DNA from: a virus
Lineage: Duplodnaviria > Caudoviricetes
IMG/VR virus record: IMGVR_UViG_2706796186_000001
Coordinates: 128,001-192,000 of that record
Length of the DNA stretch: 64,000 nt
Direction: 5' to 3' (one strand)
In this document: one piece after another, positions 37,891 to 46,396 of the stretch
How the letters are laid out: every line of letters starts with the position of its first letter
Position numbering within the stretch: the stretch's first letter is position 1
The notes under the pieces: generated by a model
Told to the model about the DNA's origin: nothing
Database searches by the model: none
Seen by the model: the letters and a program-made list of their open reading frames with translations, nothing else
Position numbers and translations under genes: made by a program

Positions 37891-40404
37891 ATGCTGAAGG
37901 TTGAGCGCATTATTCTAAAAGGTTTTACGGGCATGGGATTGCACGAAATCGAAACTTTTGATTTCACTCTCATGTCCGACGTGACCATTATCTTAGGGGG
38001 TAATGGTTGCGGGAAAACAAGTCTGTTGAATGTCTTCTTCCCGATAGCCCCACCGAAAACCGATTTTGTTGACGGGGGGATGTACACCAATATCGCCCTG
38101 TGTGGCGATGACCGTTACGAGTTCAAAGTGAAACGTGATGGGAACAGTCTGGTTTGCTTTATTAAGAACCTGAGCAAAGATTTAGTGGTGTTGGATCACG
38201 CCAATGCCAAAGTGTATAATTCCCGTGTGTACGAATTGACCGGCATTGATAAAGAAGTCAAAGAACTCATCAACGGCGAATCGTTATTAACGAACGGGAA
38301 TACCGAACAACGTCGTAAATGGTTCACCCGGATGTCCACCTCGGATCTGAACTACGCGCTGGACTTCTACAAGAAGCTGCGCAAGCAAGCCAGTCTGATG
38401 AACGGGGCCATTGACCACACGGCGAAAAAGATAGCGGATTTGCAAGTGCGTGTATTGCACGACGATGAAGAACGCAAACTGCTCAGTGCTCGCTTGGTCG
38501 AGATGGAGTCCGAACTCCGTCAGCTCGATGATGCCATTGCAATCCTTCCAAACTTTGACGGATCATCGAACAAAGAGAAAATCGTTGCGTTCCTGAAGAG
38601 TCTGGAAAGCCAAGTCGCCAAGGTGTTGAACGAACGCACCTTACCAACCGATTTGGAAATCAGCGTGGCTGAACAGACCCTCTCCGTGTGGAAAGAGTCT
38701 GCTGCATCAGCAGATGCCACGACCGATGCGTATAGCCGTGAGTTGTCTATTCTAATGGATGAGGCAACGCGTCAGGAATACCTGATGAAAAACCACAGCG
38801 GACTCAAGGAAACGATTGAAAACCAATCGGCGGCATTAAATGAAATGGTTAAGCATATCACCGCTTGGCCTGATTTGATTGCCGAAGGGTCTATCACTAC
38901 GCAAATGCTGTTAAACGCGCAGAACGACCTCTCTCAGTGGTCTTACTCTTTATCCGGGTCGTTGGATGAAATTATTCATCCGTCACGTTTACGTGAGGCT
39001 GAGGGCCGTTTAACGGAGCATGACGCCATCTCTGCGGATTTGCGTGAGCAACTCCAACGCGCGGAGAATGTGTTGCGTGGGTTAGAACACGATCGTACGC
39101 ATTTTCTTGATACGCAGGAAGTCGCCTGTCCCCGCTGCACGCACGTCTTTCGTCCCGGTGTCAATGACAGCTTAGAGAATATCGAAGCGGCCATTGGACG
39201 TGAAGTCAGTGTATGTAAAGCGCTACGGGAAAGGATTGCGACACACCAATCAACGCGCGGTGACATTGAAACGGATGTAATGGCAAAACGTCGTATCCGT
39301 GACATTATCATGACGTACACAAAAGACCCGGTCGTGGGGTTGTTCTTCAAGCGGTTGATTGAAGAAGAAGTCTTCACCGTGAACCGTGACCGTTATGCGA
39401 TGTTGTCCGTCCAGTTCTTTGACGAACTGAAACAGGCGATTGAATACCGACGGGTGTTTGAAGACTTGGTGAAGTCCAAGAAGGATTGGGATGAAGCGGT
39501 AAACGCGGTGGGGAACATCGACGGGGCACTGAACTCAAAGATTGACCGTATTCGTGCGCTCTTAGCAGAGTCCTCTCAGAAGCGCTCAGACGCGCAACGT
39601 GAGGTTGTGAAGTGGCGTGAAGAGTTACACCGTTTGAACGATGTACGCACGACAGTGGAGTTCCTGAGCCGCGCATTTACGGTTCTCGACACCATGATTG
39701 AAACCTCAACCACCAACGTGATGGTAAACTGCTTACAAACCAAACGACAATCGTTGCTGGACACGTACTCTGTGGCCCGTGATCGTTTCCGTCAGATGGA
39801 CAGTGAGCTGAACGTGCTGGCGGCGTTGGAGGCTGAGCAGAAAGAACTGCAACACCGACAGAAAAACATTCGTCTCATGATTACCGCGTGGTCACCAGAG
39901 AAGGGTGTGCTGAAAAAGTACATCTACAACTCGATCGTGCGCATCACGGAGATGATGAACCGTTATATCGGGGCAGTGTGGCAGTACCCGATGAACGTTC
40001 TGCCGTGTGATGTCAGTGAAGGCGATTTGGATTACACGTTCCCGTACACGCTAAAAAACAACCCGGACCCTGTGGTCGATGTCATTAAAGGCTCCAAGGC
40101 ACAGAAGAACATCTTTAACCTGAGCTACCGCTTGACCGCCTACAAAGGGCTGAACTTACGTCAGTATCCTTTGCTATTGGACGAGCCGTCAGAAGGGATG
40201 GATGAAGAACACAAGCAAGCACTCGTGGCCTTTATCAAGATGTTGGCTGAATCGGGGGAATTCTCTCAGGTGATTGTGGTCTCCCACGAGCCAGAGGTGC
40301 ATTCCAAGTTGAACGAAGCGACGTACTGTGTTGTTGAACCAACGGGTGTGACGTTACCCCCGGTTTACAACGTGGGCGTGAAAATCAAATACGCAGGCCA
40401 GTAA
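37891..40404 (+). CDS. sbcC: SbcC/Rad50-like SMC ATPase
   Basis: Walker A GGNGCGKTS, long coiled coils, zinc hook CPRC, signature GSKAQ, Walker B LLLDEP, H-loop VVSH. Confidence 0.9.
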   Translation: MLKVERIILKGFTGMGLHEIETFDFTLMSDVTIILGGNGCGKTSLLNVFFPIAPPKTDFVDGGMYTNIALCGDDRYEFKVKRDGNSLVCFIKNLSKDLVVLDHANAKVYNSRVYELTGIDKEVKELINGESLLTNGNTEQRRKWFTRMSTSDLNYALDFYKKLRKQASLMNGAIDHTAKKIADLQVRVLHDDEERKLLSARLVEMESELRQLDDAIAILPNFDGSSNKEKIVAFLKSLESQVAKVLNERTLPTDLEISVAEQTLSVWKESAASADATTDAYSRELSILMDEATRQEYLMKNHSGLKETIENQSAALNEMVKHITAWPDLIAEGSITTQMLLNAQNDLSQWSYSLSGSLDEIIHPSRLREAEGRLTEHDAISADLREQLQRAENVLRGLEHDRTHFLDTQEVACPRCTHVFRPGVNDSLENIEAAIGREVSVCKALRERIATHQSTRGDIETDVMAKRRIRDIIMTYTKDPVVGLFFKRLIEEEVFTVNRDRYAMLSVQFFDELKQAIEYRRVFEDLVKSKKDWDEAVNAVGNIDGALNSKIDRIRALLAESSQKRSDAQREVVKWREELHRLNDVRTTVEFLSRAFTVLDTMIETSTTNVMVNCLQTKRQSLLDTYSVARDRFRQMDSELNVLAALEAEQKELQHRQKNIRLMITAWSPEKGVLKKYIYNSIVRITEMMNRYIGAVWQYPMNVLPCDVSEGDLDYTFPYTLKNNPDPVVDVIKGSKAQKNIFNLSYRLTAYKGLNLRQYPLLLDEPSEGMDEEHKQALVAFIKMLAESGEFSQVIVVSHEPEVHSKLNEATYCVVEPTGVTLPPVYNVGVKIKYAGQ

Positions 40405-40577
40405 TGTACAATGCAGCGGTATCGATAGTAGGTTGGGTTCTGACGGTGTTATACATCGTCTTTGGGGCAGGGTGGGCGGTCGGTATCGCGACCGCTTCAC
40501 TGTTCATGATTGCATGGCCAATGCCGTTGCGGTTTGCTAAGCGGGTAAAAGCAAAGTACAAAGGGGGTAGGTCATGA
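40404..40577 (+). CDS. small membrane protein (57 aa; not in the ORF track)
   Basis: TAATG coupling to sbcC. MYNAAVSIVGWVLTVLYIVFGAGWAVGIATASLFMIAWPMPLRFAKRVKAKYKGGRS: hydrophobic with a basic tail. Confidence 0.55.
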   Translation: MYNAAVSIVGWVLTVLYIVFGAGWAVGIATASLFMIAWPMPLRFAKRVKAKYKGGRS

Positions 40578-40681
40578 TCTTCGATGTGTTGTTTACGTTA
40601 GGTTGTTTGTATCTTGTTGCACGTTCCCTGAACTGGGTGCTGAAACGTGCTAAATTTAAAGGAGCCTTTGATGAAATATAA
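40574..40681 (+). CDS. small membrane protein (35 aa; not in the ORF track)
   Basis: ATGA overlap and RBS-like aggggg. MIFDVLFTLGCLYLVARSLNWVLKRAKFKGAFDEI. Confidence 0.45.
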   Translation: MIFDVLFTLGCLYLVARSLNWVLKRAKFKGAFDEI

Positions 40682-40868
40682 AAAGCCGATGTGTGAACAC
40701 ACCATCACCTGGTGGGATGGTTTGTGCATCGCCGTGATGTTGTCGATAGTCCTTTTTTTGAAGTGGGACTGGTTTACGATATTTATCGTTGCCCTTGACA
40801 TGTTTGTGCTGGGCATGCGCTTTGGGCGCAACACGTCGTACTTTAAACCGCTTCTGTTCTGGCGGTAA
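40671..40868 (+). CDS. small membrane protein
   Basis: ATG 40671 with RBS aaggag; two hydrophobic segments. Confidence 0.6.
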   Translation: MKYKKPMCEHTITWWDGLCIAVMLSIVLFLKWDWFTIFIVALDMFVLGMRFGRNTSYFKPLLFWR

Positions 40869-40873
40869 CTATA

Positions 40874-40981
40874 ATGACTAAGATCTTCAAAGGTCTACTT
40901 TGCTCCATTCTTTACTTCGTTACTGGTACATGCGCATTCGCCTTTGGGGCGGTGTATTCCTTGTGCATGGGATTGTTCTGA
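40874..40981 (+). CDS. small membrane protein (35 aa; not in the ORF track)
   Basis: MTKIFKGLLCSILYFVTGTCAFAFGAVYSLCMGLF fills the gap exactly. Confidence 0.45.
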   Translation: MTKIFKGLLCSILYFVTGTCAFAFGAVYSLCMGLF

Positions 40982-40995
40982 TATAGGACCAATTC

Positions 40996-41247
40996 ATGAA
41001 AAAAGAAAATCCATCTGAGAATGATGACATCGAGGACAGAGTGCGGAAGATAGTAGTAATCGGTCTGGGGATGACCGGTATCTCTACTGCACGCTCTATC
41101 GACGATTTTGCTCAGGAAGTAAAATTAGAGAATGTGAAGTTGGAGCGGCGTTTCGGGGAAGACTGGCGGGGAAACCAGACGAGCCACGAACGGCATGTGG
41201 GGAAGCATGCCGCAAAAACGCGACTTTGGAAAAGTCAACGACGATAA
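40996..41247 (+). CDS. small hypothetical protein with a GxGxxG-type peptide
   Basis: RBS agga; KIVVIGLGMTGISTA. Confidence 0.6.
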   Translation: MKKENPSENDDIEDRVRKIVVIGLGMTGISTARSIDDFAQEVKLENVKLERRFGEDWRGNQTSHERHVGKHAAKTRLWKSQRR

Positions 41248-41322
41248 TAGCAACCATGCTATGCGTACTACGCAACCGATTTCACTAACCGTCTTTTAGG
41301 CGGTCTCACTCAGGATAATAAG

Positions 41323-41808
41323 ATGATTGAAGCAGCGATTCTTAAAGACTCGACTGAGCTGACAACAGATCAGCAGAAACAGTTGTTAGGTTTACATTAT
41401 GCTTTTTTGAATTACCAACGTAGCGTTTTAGGCGTCAAGATTGACGTGCCTGAGCTGGCCGTTGCCACACTGTTCCGCGGTAACCGCATTGCGGTTGCAC
41501 TCGAAGCAGGTCGTGTGGTGGGCTACTGCATTTACCGGGTTATTTCCGGGGTGCTAAAACTGCGTACGCTCTTTGTGGCTGAAGAACACCGTCGTTCCGG
41601 TAAGATGTCTGCCCTCATTGAGTTGATTAGCGCGCGTGAGGTCTATGCCAATGCACAACTGACCGTGCATCAAAAATGCCGACCTGCGTACAATTTCTTT
41701 ACACGTCTGGGGTACGTGGCCAGTGAGTTAGATGGCTGGTTAAACCTGTTCTTTGATAGACACACCAGTTTGGCCAATAACAAGACCACACAATCAGCCG
41801 TTGTTTAA
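41323..41808 (+). CDS. GNAT family acetyltransferase
   Basis: VVGYC; LFVAEEHRRSG (motif A); AYNFFTRLGY (motif B). Confidence 0.8.
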   Translation: MIEAAILKDSTELTTDQQKQLLGLHYAFLNYQRSVLGVKIDVPELAVATLFRGNRIAVALEAGRVVGYCIYRVISGVLKLRTLFVAEEHRRSGKMSALIELISAREVYANAQLTVHQKCRPAYNFFTRLGYVASELDGWLNLFFDRHTSLANNKTTQSAVV

Positions 41809-41813
41809 AACTG

Positions 41814-41871
41814 TAGCTCTCCTTACGATTCACCTCACTATGAGTGAAGTGTTTTTACGTGAGGAGAGCTA
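41814..41871 (+). promoter_or_regulatory. RBS-sequestering stem-loop upstream of 41875
   Basis: tagctctcct (41814-41823) pairs with aggagagcta (41862-41871), which contains the RBS; inner stem with TATG at the apex. Confidence 0.6.
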
Positions 41872-41874
41872 TTT

Positions 41875-42207
41875 ATGTTAAACCCTAAAATTTCGTTTAT
41901 CCCGGAAATCGTCTGTGCGCAAGAATACGCACGGGTGATACCGTTCTTAAAGGACACACTGATGGCTGAGCCAAAGCATGTGAATGTGGGGACGATTGGT
42001 CACGTTGATCATTCCCGTTCCGGTATCTCGGCGTGTATTTCTGGCGCACTGGGTACCTTACCAAAGACCACGACCCACTGGGATGTGATCGGTGTTAAAC
42101 CGCAGCAACCGTTGAACGCAATGAATGCGAGCATGGTGGAGCTGATTGAAGACGCGGTGCTTAACGGCCGAGACGTTTACGTTGCGCACGTTCACCCGAA
42201 GGTGTAG
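41875..42207 (+). CDS. small protein carrying an EF-Tu N-terminal peptide ([12 protein letters not shown])
   Basis: RBS gaggag; second in-frame ATG at 41962 with RBS aagga; the motif is followed by SRS instead of GKT. Confidence 0.7.
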   Translation: [110 protein letters not shown]

Positions 42208-42209
42208 CA

Positions 42210-42722
42210 ATGAGTCAGGTAGACATCTACGGTGAGGAGCACACGGTAGATGAGCGCAATCGGGTGGAATGGGCAATACTCGATAACCATCGTCGTAAGC
42301 CTTACCAGTTCCTGCTGTGCGAAGAACTGGGGCCGTATGCTTGGCATACCCCTAAAGAAATCGCACAGGCTATCAAAGACCGGATGTGGAGCATTTCACC
42401 ACGCGGGTTGGAACTGGCCTTAAAGCTCAAGATACCGGCCATCGGTATCGACCTTTGGGATGACGATGTTTATGCCAAAGACATCAAAGATAAAAACGGC
42501 TTTGCGGTCAATGTAAGCCGGAGTTTCTTCTTACGTGAAACCAAGATGGTAGACACGATAGAGGAGTACCGACAGAAAGGTCGGTTGGCCGTCATGTTAG
42601 GTGACGCGCATTTACGTACCGTTGCGACAAAAGAGCTGGGTGAACCTTCTTTGCTGTGGCAGCGGTTTCGAAAAGACAAACAAGTGGTTATTTACCGTAG
42701 CCCTTGTAAAGAAATTGACTAA
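42210..42722 (+). CDS. ChaN/EreA/TraB(Tiki)-superfamily-like protein
   Basis: IYGEEH...LLCEE...IGID...LRETKM...VMLGDAHL pattern. Confidence 0.5.
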   Translation: MSQVDIYGEEHTVDERNRVEWAILDNHRRKPYQFLLCEELGPYAWHTPKEIAQAIKDRMWSISPRGLELALKLKIPAIGIDLWDDDVYAKDIKDKNGFAVNVSRSFFLRETKMVDTIEEYRQKGRLAVMLGDAHLRTVATKELGEPSLLWQRFRKDKQVVIYRSPCKEID

Positions 42723-42734
42723 GGATAACAGGCC

Positions 42735-43127
42735 ATGACTTTTAGACCCGCCATTCAAACTGTTTACGAAGACGAAGCGAAAGTGCTACAAATTACACAA
42801 CTGGCGCACGAAATGATGCTGCGTTGGAAGTGCACCCAAATCGGCAACACCATGTTGACCCGCCTTAATTTCCTGCTGCGCATGGAGCCGGAGATTGAAA
42901 TGGCCAACATCACACCGAAGTACCTTCGTCCGTCTCTGTTCCGTGAAGTCAAAATGTTGACCCACATTGGTGTCGATGTGCGGAAGGTCTGGCCTGCTAT
43001 GATGAACCCGCAGAAATGCGAACAAATTACATCAACCATCAATCTTGTGTCTTGCCTTCGCCGTAGTGGAATCCACCACGAAGGGTTGGAAGCCGCATTT
43101 GCTTCCTGGGTAAGGAAAAATAAATGA
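42735..43127 (+). CDS. hypothetical protein
   Basis: 130-aa ORF with RBS aagga. Confidence 0.6.
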   Translation: MTFRPAIQTVYEDEAKVLQITQLAHEMMLRWKCTQIGNTMLTRLNFLLRMEPEIEMANITPKYLRPSLFREVKMLTHIGVDVRKVWPAMMNPQKCEQITSTINLVSCLRRSGIHHEGLEAAFASWVRKNK

Positions 43128-43390
43128 CCAAAGTTATACCGGAGCATGTCTCCGAAGCCTTAAAAGAGTTGTCGGGTGTTCACCGACCGCTCATCAGTAG
43201 CTGTACCGAGGCGGAGCGCACATACCTCCACTCGACGTTAGCCATTGCATTACGGTGGTACGAAAAGGATACCCGGCCGGTAGCGGAGGGTTACAAACGT
43301 ACCTTCTACTACACCCGTAAAGACGAGTTCCCCCACACCTACGTCTTTACGCATTCCGATGAGATTATCAACCATGCTCATCTTCCGTGA
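43124..43390 (+). CDS. hypothetical protein
   Basis: ATGA overlap; RBS aagga. Confidence 0.6.
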   Translation: MTKVIPEHVSEALKELSGVHRPLISSCTEAERTYLHSTLAIALRWYEKDTRPVAEGYKRTFYYTRKDEFPHTYVFTHSDEIINHAHLP

Positions 43391-43859
43391 TGAACGCCAC
43401 GTTGAGGGCGATTTGTTTAATGCTCCAGAAACGTACAAAGTCATCACGATAAACTGCGTCGGAGCAATGGGCAAGGGTATTGCGCTTGCCTGTCGCGAAC
43501 GTTATCCCGATTTGTATGAAAACTATCGCACGCGTTGTCGTGCTGGTGAAATTACAATCGGGCACGTTTACCTCTACGAAGAGGAGAAGATTATTCTGCT
43601 GCCAACCAAGACCCACTTTAAGATGCGGTCTGAGTTGTCATTCGTCACGACAGGGATTGATGCGTTAGCCGACCTTGGGCGTGACCTGAACGAGTCCATT
43701 GCTATCCCGCCTTTGGGGATGGTAAATGGGTGGATGAAATGGAAAGAACGTGTAGAGGTTTATCATCACCTCTACAACCGGCTACAACCTGGAGAAACGA
43801 ACTATCGCGTATACTTGCCTTTAGCGTTAATCACAGAGGCAAAGAAAGCCTTAATCTAA
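43374..43859 (+). CDS. macrodomain protein (DarG-like ADP-ribose hydrolase)
   Basis: EGDLF...INCVGAMGKGIAL...YPDLYENYR..C...LPTKTH...SIAIPPLG. Start could be 43359 or 43374. Confidence 0.8.
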   Translation: MLIFRDERHVEGDLFNAPETYKVITINCVGAMGKGIALACRERYPDLYENYRTRCRAGEITIGHVYLYEEEKIILLPTKTHFKMRSELSFVTTGIDALADLGRDLNESIAIPPLGMVNGWMKWKERVEVYHHLYNRLQPGETNYRVYLPLALITEAKKALI

Positions 43860-43864
43860 ACTTT

Positions 43865-43888
43865 CTTAAATAGATATTATCACATGGG
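43865..43888 (+). promoter_or_regulatory. putative early-type promoter (divergent copy)
   Basis: aaatagatattatcac shares the AGATATTATC core with the 53398 and 62137 copies. Confidence 0.5.
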
Positions 43889-43974
43889 CACGTACCAAGG
43901 AGTCATTGCTGTCCGCGCCGTTATTCATGTCGAGTAACGGAAAAGTATAAAGAACACCAACGGAGTATACGACG

Positions 43975-44739
43975 ATGTTACGTTTCATTCTTATTTGCTT
44001 GGCAACATTGCTGTCGTTTAACGCGGCTGCCATCACTTCGAGTCCAAAGAAGGACTACGCAACAGAGTTCAAGATGATTGAGGGCCGGTTTGAAAAGGTT
44101 CGCCCCCTCATCGTGAAAATCAGTAATGAGCAAGGCGTCCACAGTGGACTCATGACGACACTGATTTATAAGGAATCCACATTCAACCGCATGGCGGTGA
44201 ATAAACAGGGCAGTACGGCAAAAGGGCTCGTCGGTATGACTGACCCCACCAAGCGAGCGATGCTCAAAATGTACGGTAAGCAGCTTGGACTTGCCCGCAA
44301 TGCAGACATTCATAATTCGCGCGTGGCCATTAAATTAGCCTCGGCCTATCTTAACCATGTCGAAAACGCCATGACCAAACGCTTGAAGCGTCCTGTGTCT
44401 AACGGAGAAATTTATCTGGGCTACAAATTCGGCCCTGCGGGTGCTATCGCTATGCTCAAGAAGAAACCGTCTAAGGCGGCTCGTGAGCTTCGCTCCTATA
44501 AACGGGATGCGGCCTTTTATGGCGCGTTGGTTAAGCCTATCGATGCATCTGAACCAGTAAAACAAACTGCCGCAGTCAAACCTGACGACAGTGAGAAAGT
44601 CGCCGAACTCCAAGAGATTTGGCACACCTTGTACGGCACATATGCGCCGGTAACTCGCACCACGTTACTGGCCTCTACATTGACTATAGGAGCACCGCTT
44701 GAACATCGTCCAACAACCATGGTATCCCGCTTTATGTAA
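43975..44739 (+). CDS. secreted lytic transglycosylase (SLT, phiKZ gp144-like catalytic domain)
   Basis: Signal peptide ending NAAA; catalytic ES motif (YKESTFN), AKGL, EIYLGYKFGP. Confidence 0.75.
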   Translation: MLRFILICLATLLSFNAAAITSSPKKDYATEFKMIEGRFEKVRPLIVKISNEQGVHSGLMTTLIYKESTFNRMAVNKQGSTAKGLVGMTDPTKRAMLKMYGKQLGLARNADIHNSRVAIKLASAYLNHVENAMTKRLKRPVSNGEIYLGYKFGPAGAIAMLKKKPSKAARELRSYKRDAAFYGALVKPIDASEPVKQTAAVKPDDSEKVAELQEIWHTLYGTYAPVTRTTLLASTLTIGAPLEHRPTTMVSRFM

Positions 44740-45211
44740 AGCGGCACAATTGACAGCCGGTGACATTCTGTCAATTGCGTTAGGGGCGGACACTATCGAC
44801 CCTGAAAAACCATTTACCCGAGAAGAGTTCTCGGAGCGCCACAACTTCTGGGATGCGTTTGAAAATGCGTTCGGTGATACCGAAGATGCAGAATTCGACT
44901 GGAACGCAAACCAAGCGGTCATGTGGATATGTGGCATGCGCCCGTATGTTGACGAAACCGAAGTCGGCCATGTCCTGACGTGGCGTCAAAGCCAAGCGTA
45001 CAATCGCGACCTGAGCTTCACCGAAGCGTATATGGAAGCGTCTGTTGCGTTGCAGAACATTTTCTGGGGTGAGTCAGCGTACGTTCAACGTTCGTTCCTG
45101 ACCATTCTGGAAAAGCTCAAGCAGACGCACAAAATCTGGCGCAGTGAAACGGCCCCAGAGCATCTGTTTGTGCTGGAGTACCAAGTGGTGCCTAACCAGC
45201 CGTTAGTGTAA
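44699..45211 (+). CDS. hypothetical protein
   Basis: TTG start with RBS aggag; overlaps the SLT 3' end. Confidence 0.6.
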   Translation: MNIVQQPWYPALCKAAQLTAGDILSIALGADTIDPEKPFTREEFSERHNFWDAFENAFGDTEDAEFDWNANQAVMWICGMRPYVDETEVGHVLTWRQSQAYNRDLSFTEAYMEASVALQNIFWGESAYVQRSFLTILEKLKQTHKIWRSETAPEHLFVLEYQVVPNQPLV

Positions 45212-45220
45212 CCGAAAACA

Positions 45221-45255
45221 CCAGACCTTTCGGGGTCTGGTTGTTTTAATTTATT
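45221..45255 (+). terminator. intrinsic terminator
   Basis: ccagacc..ttcg..ggtctgg followed by a T-rich tract. Confidence 0.75.
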
Positions 45256-45279
45256 TTGCCCCCTACAAGGAGATTCTTT

Positions 45280-45768
45280 ATGTTTGCACGTTATCAACGC
45301 TGGGGACACAACGATCCCTATGCCTACTTCATGTTAAACGCACTGGTTGTCTGCACCCTCTTTTACGCTTACGGGGTGTTCGTGCTCAATCAAGACCCGG
45401 CAGGAGCTTTTCTGTTTGTCTACATCGGCATGTGGGTATTTTGTTGCAGCATCATGGCAATCCTCTACCGACTGACCATGGTCGAATACTGGGTAGACCA
45501 CTCTGGTTACACGCTTGAAGAGTTGAACTGGCTGCAACGTCTTGCGGCAGAGGAAGTGCGTGGGTTGTACAAGACCGCTGATTGGATGGACTTGCGCAAT
45601 GCGGCAAAACGCGTTCAGCGTGAGTTGCCAAACTTTGACATGGATTACGCGATCATGGCCATTATTTGGGCGCAAGGCAAACGGAACAAACCGGTCAGGG
45701 TCTGTGAGGACGCCACCGATTTCATCGCGTTCAACCCAAAGATATGGCACATCGTCAATTACGTTTAA
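45280..45768 (+). CDS. membrane protein (2 TM)
   Basis: ATG 45280 with RBS aaggag; two hydrophobic helices. Confidence 0.65.
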   Translation: MFARYQRWGHNDPYAYFMLNALVVCTLFYAYGVFVLNQDPAGAFLFVYIGMWVFCCSIMAILYRLTMVEYWVDHSGYTLEELNWLQRLAAEEVRGLYKTADWMDLRNAAKRVQRELPNFDMDYAIMAIIWAQGKRNKPVRVCEDATDFIAFNPKIWHIVNYV

Positions 45769-45780
45769 GGAAAAATATTG

Positions 45781-46344
45781 ATGGCTAATACATCGCTCAT
45801 TAAGTTGGCAGAAATCAGAAAGCCGGTTCATCCGTTCCGGCTATACATTCTCACCCGTTGGCGTTTCCTCTCCACGTACTTGGTACTGGTGATGTTGTGT
45901 CTCATCTCCTCGGTCATTCTCTCACTGCTGACCAACTGGAGTGCGTTTGATCTGTTGGTGTTTGAATCCTTTGTCATTCCGGTACTCATCACACTCAGCG
46001 TGACGGGATACCTGAAACGACGTTGGATACAGAAATCTACACTGACCACGGATGATGTTTACGAACTGGTCGGCTATGGGAAGTGGCTGGTGCGCAAATA
46101 CGGCAAAAGGATGGAGTGGCCAACGATTTGCGCGGCCGCATCTAATCCTGAACCCAAAGTAGGGTCGCAGGCAGGATACTCAAGCCCGCCACGTTTCGAC
46201 CGTGAGTTTCCACAGGAGGCTGTGCTTGGTGGTATTCTTTGTGCCATGGTGAAAGAAGGCGGTTGGGATTCTTTACCGCAAGAAGCCATCAACGCCATGT
46301 TCTATTACCCGAACATCTACAAGCCGTTCTACGGCCACTATTAA
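45781..46344 (+). CDS. membrane protein (2 TM), likely paralogue of 45280..45768
   Basis: RBS aagga; 2 TM then W...S..T.(E/D)...W..(I/L)..AA pattern similar to the upstream gene. Confidence 0.65.
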   Translation: MANTSLIKLAEIRKPVHPFRLYILTRWRFLSTYLVLVMLCLISSVILSLLTNWSAFDLLVFESFVIPVLITLSVTGYLKRRWIQKSTLTTDDVYELVGYGKWLVRKYGKRMEWPTICAAASNPEPKVGSQAGYSSPPRFDREFPQEAVLGGILCAMVKEGGWDSLPQEAINAMFYYPNIYKPFYGHY

Positions 46345-46396
46345 TTTTACGTAATCCACCCTTTTAATGACTATCTAAAACACAAGGAATAACAAC

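Noticed and set aside
41875-42207. Annotation as a true elongation factor Tu (tuf) or its pseudogene
   Set aside because: Only a 12-residue match; GKT is absent and I see no other EF-Tu motifs in the listed neighbouring ORFs.
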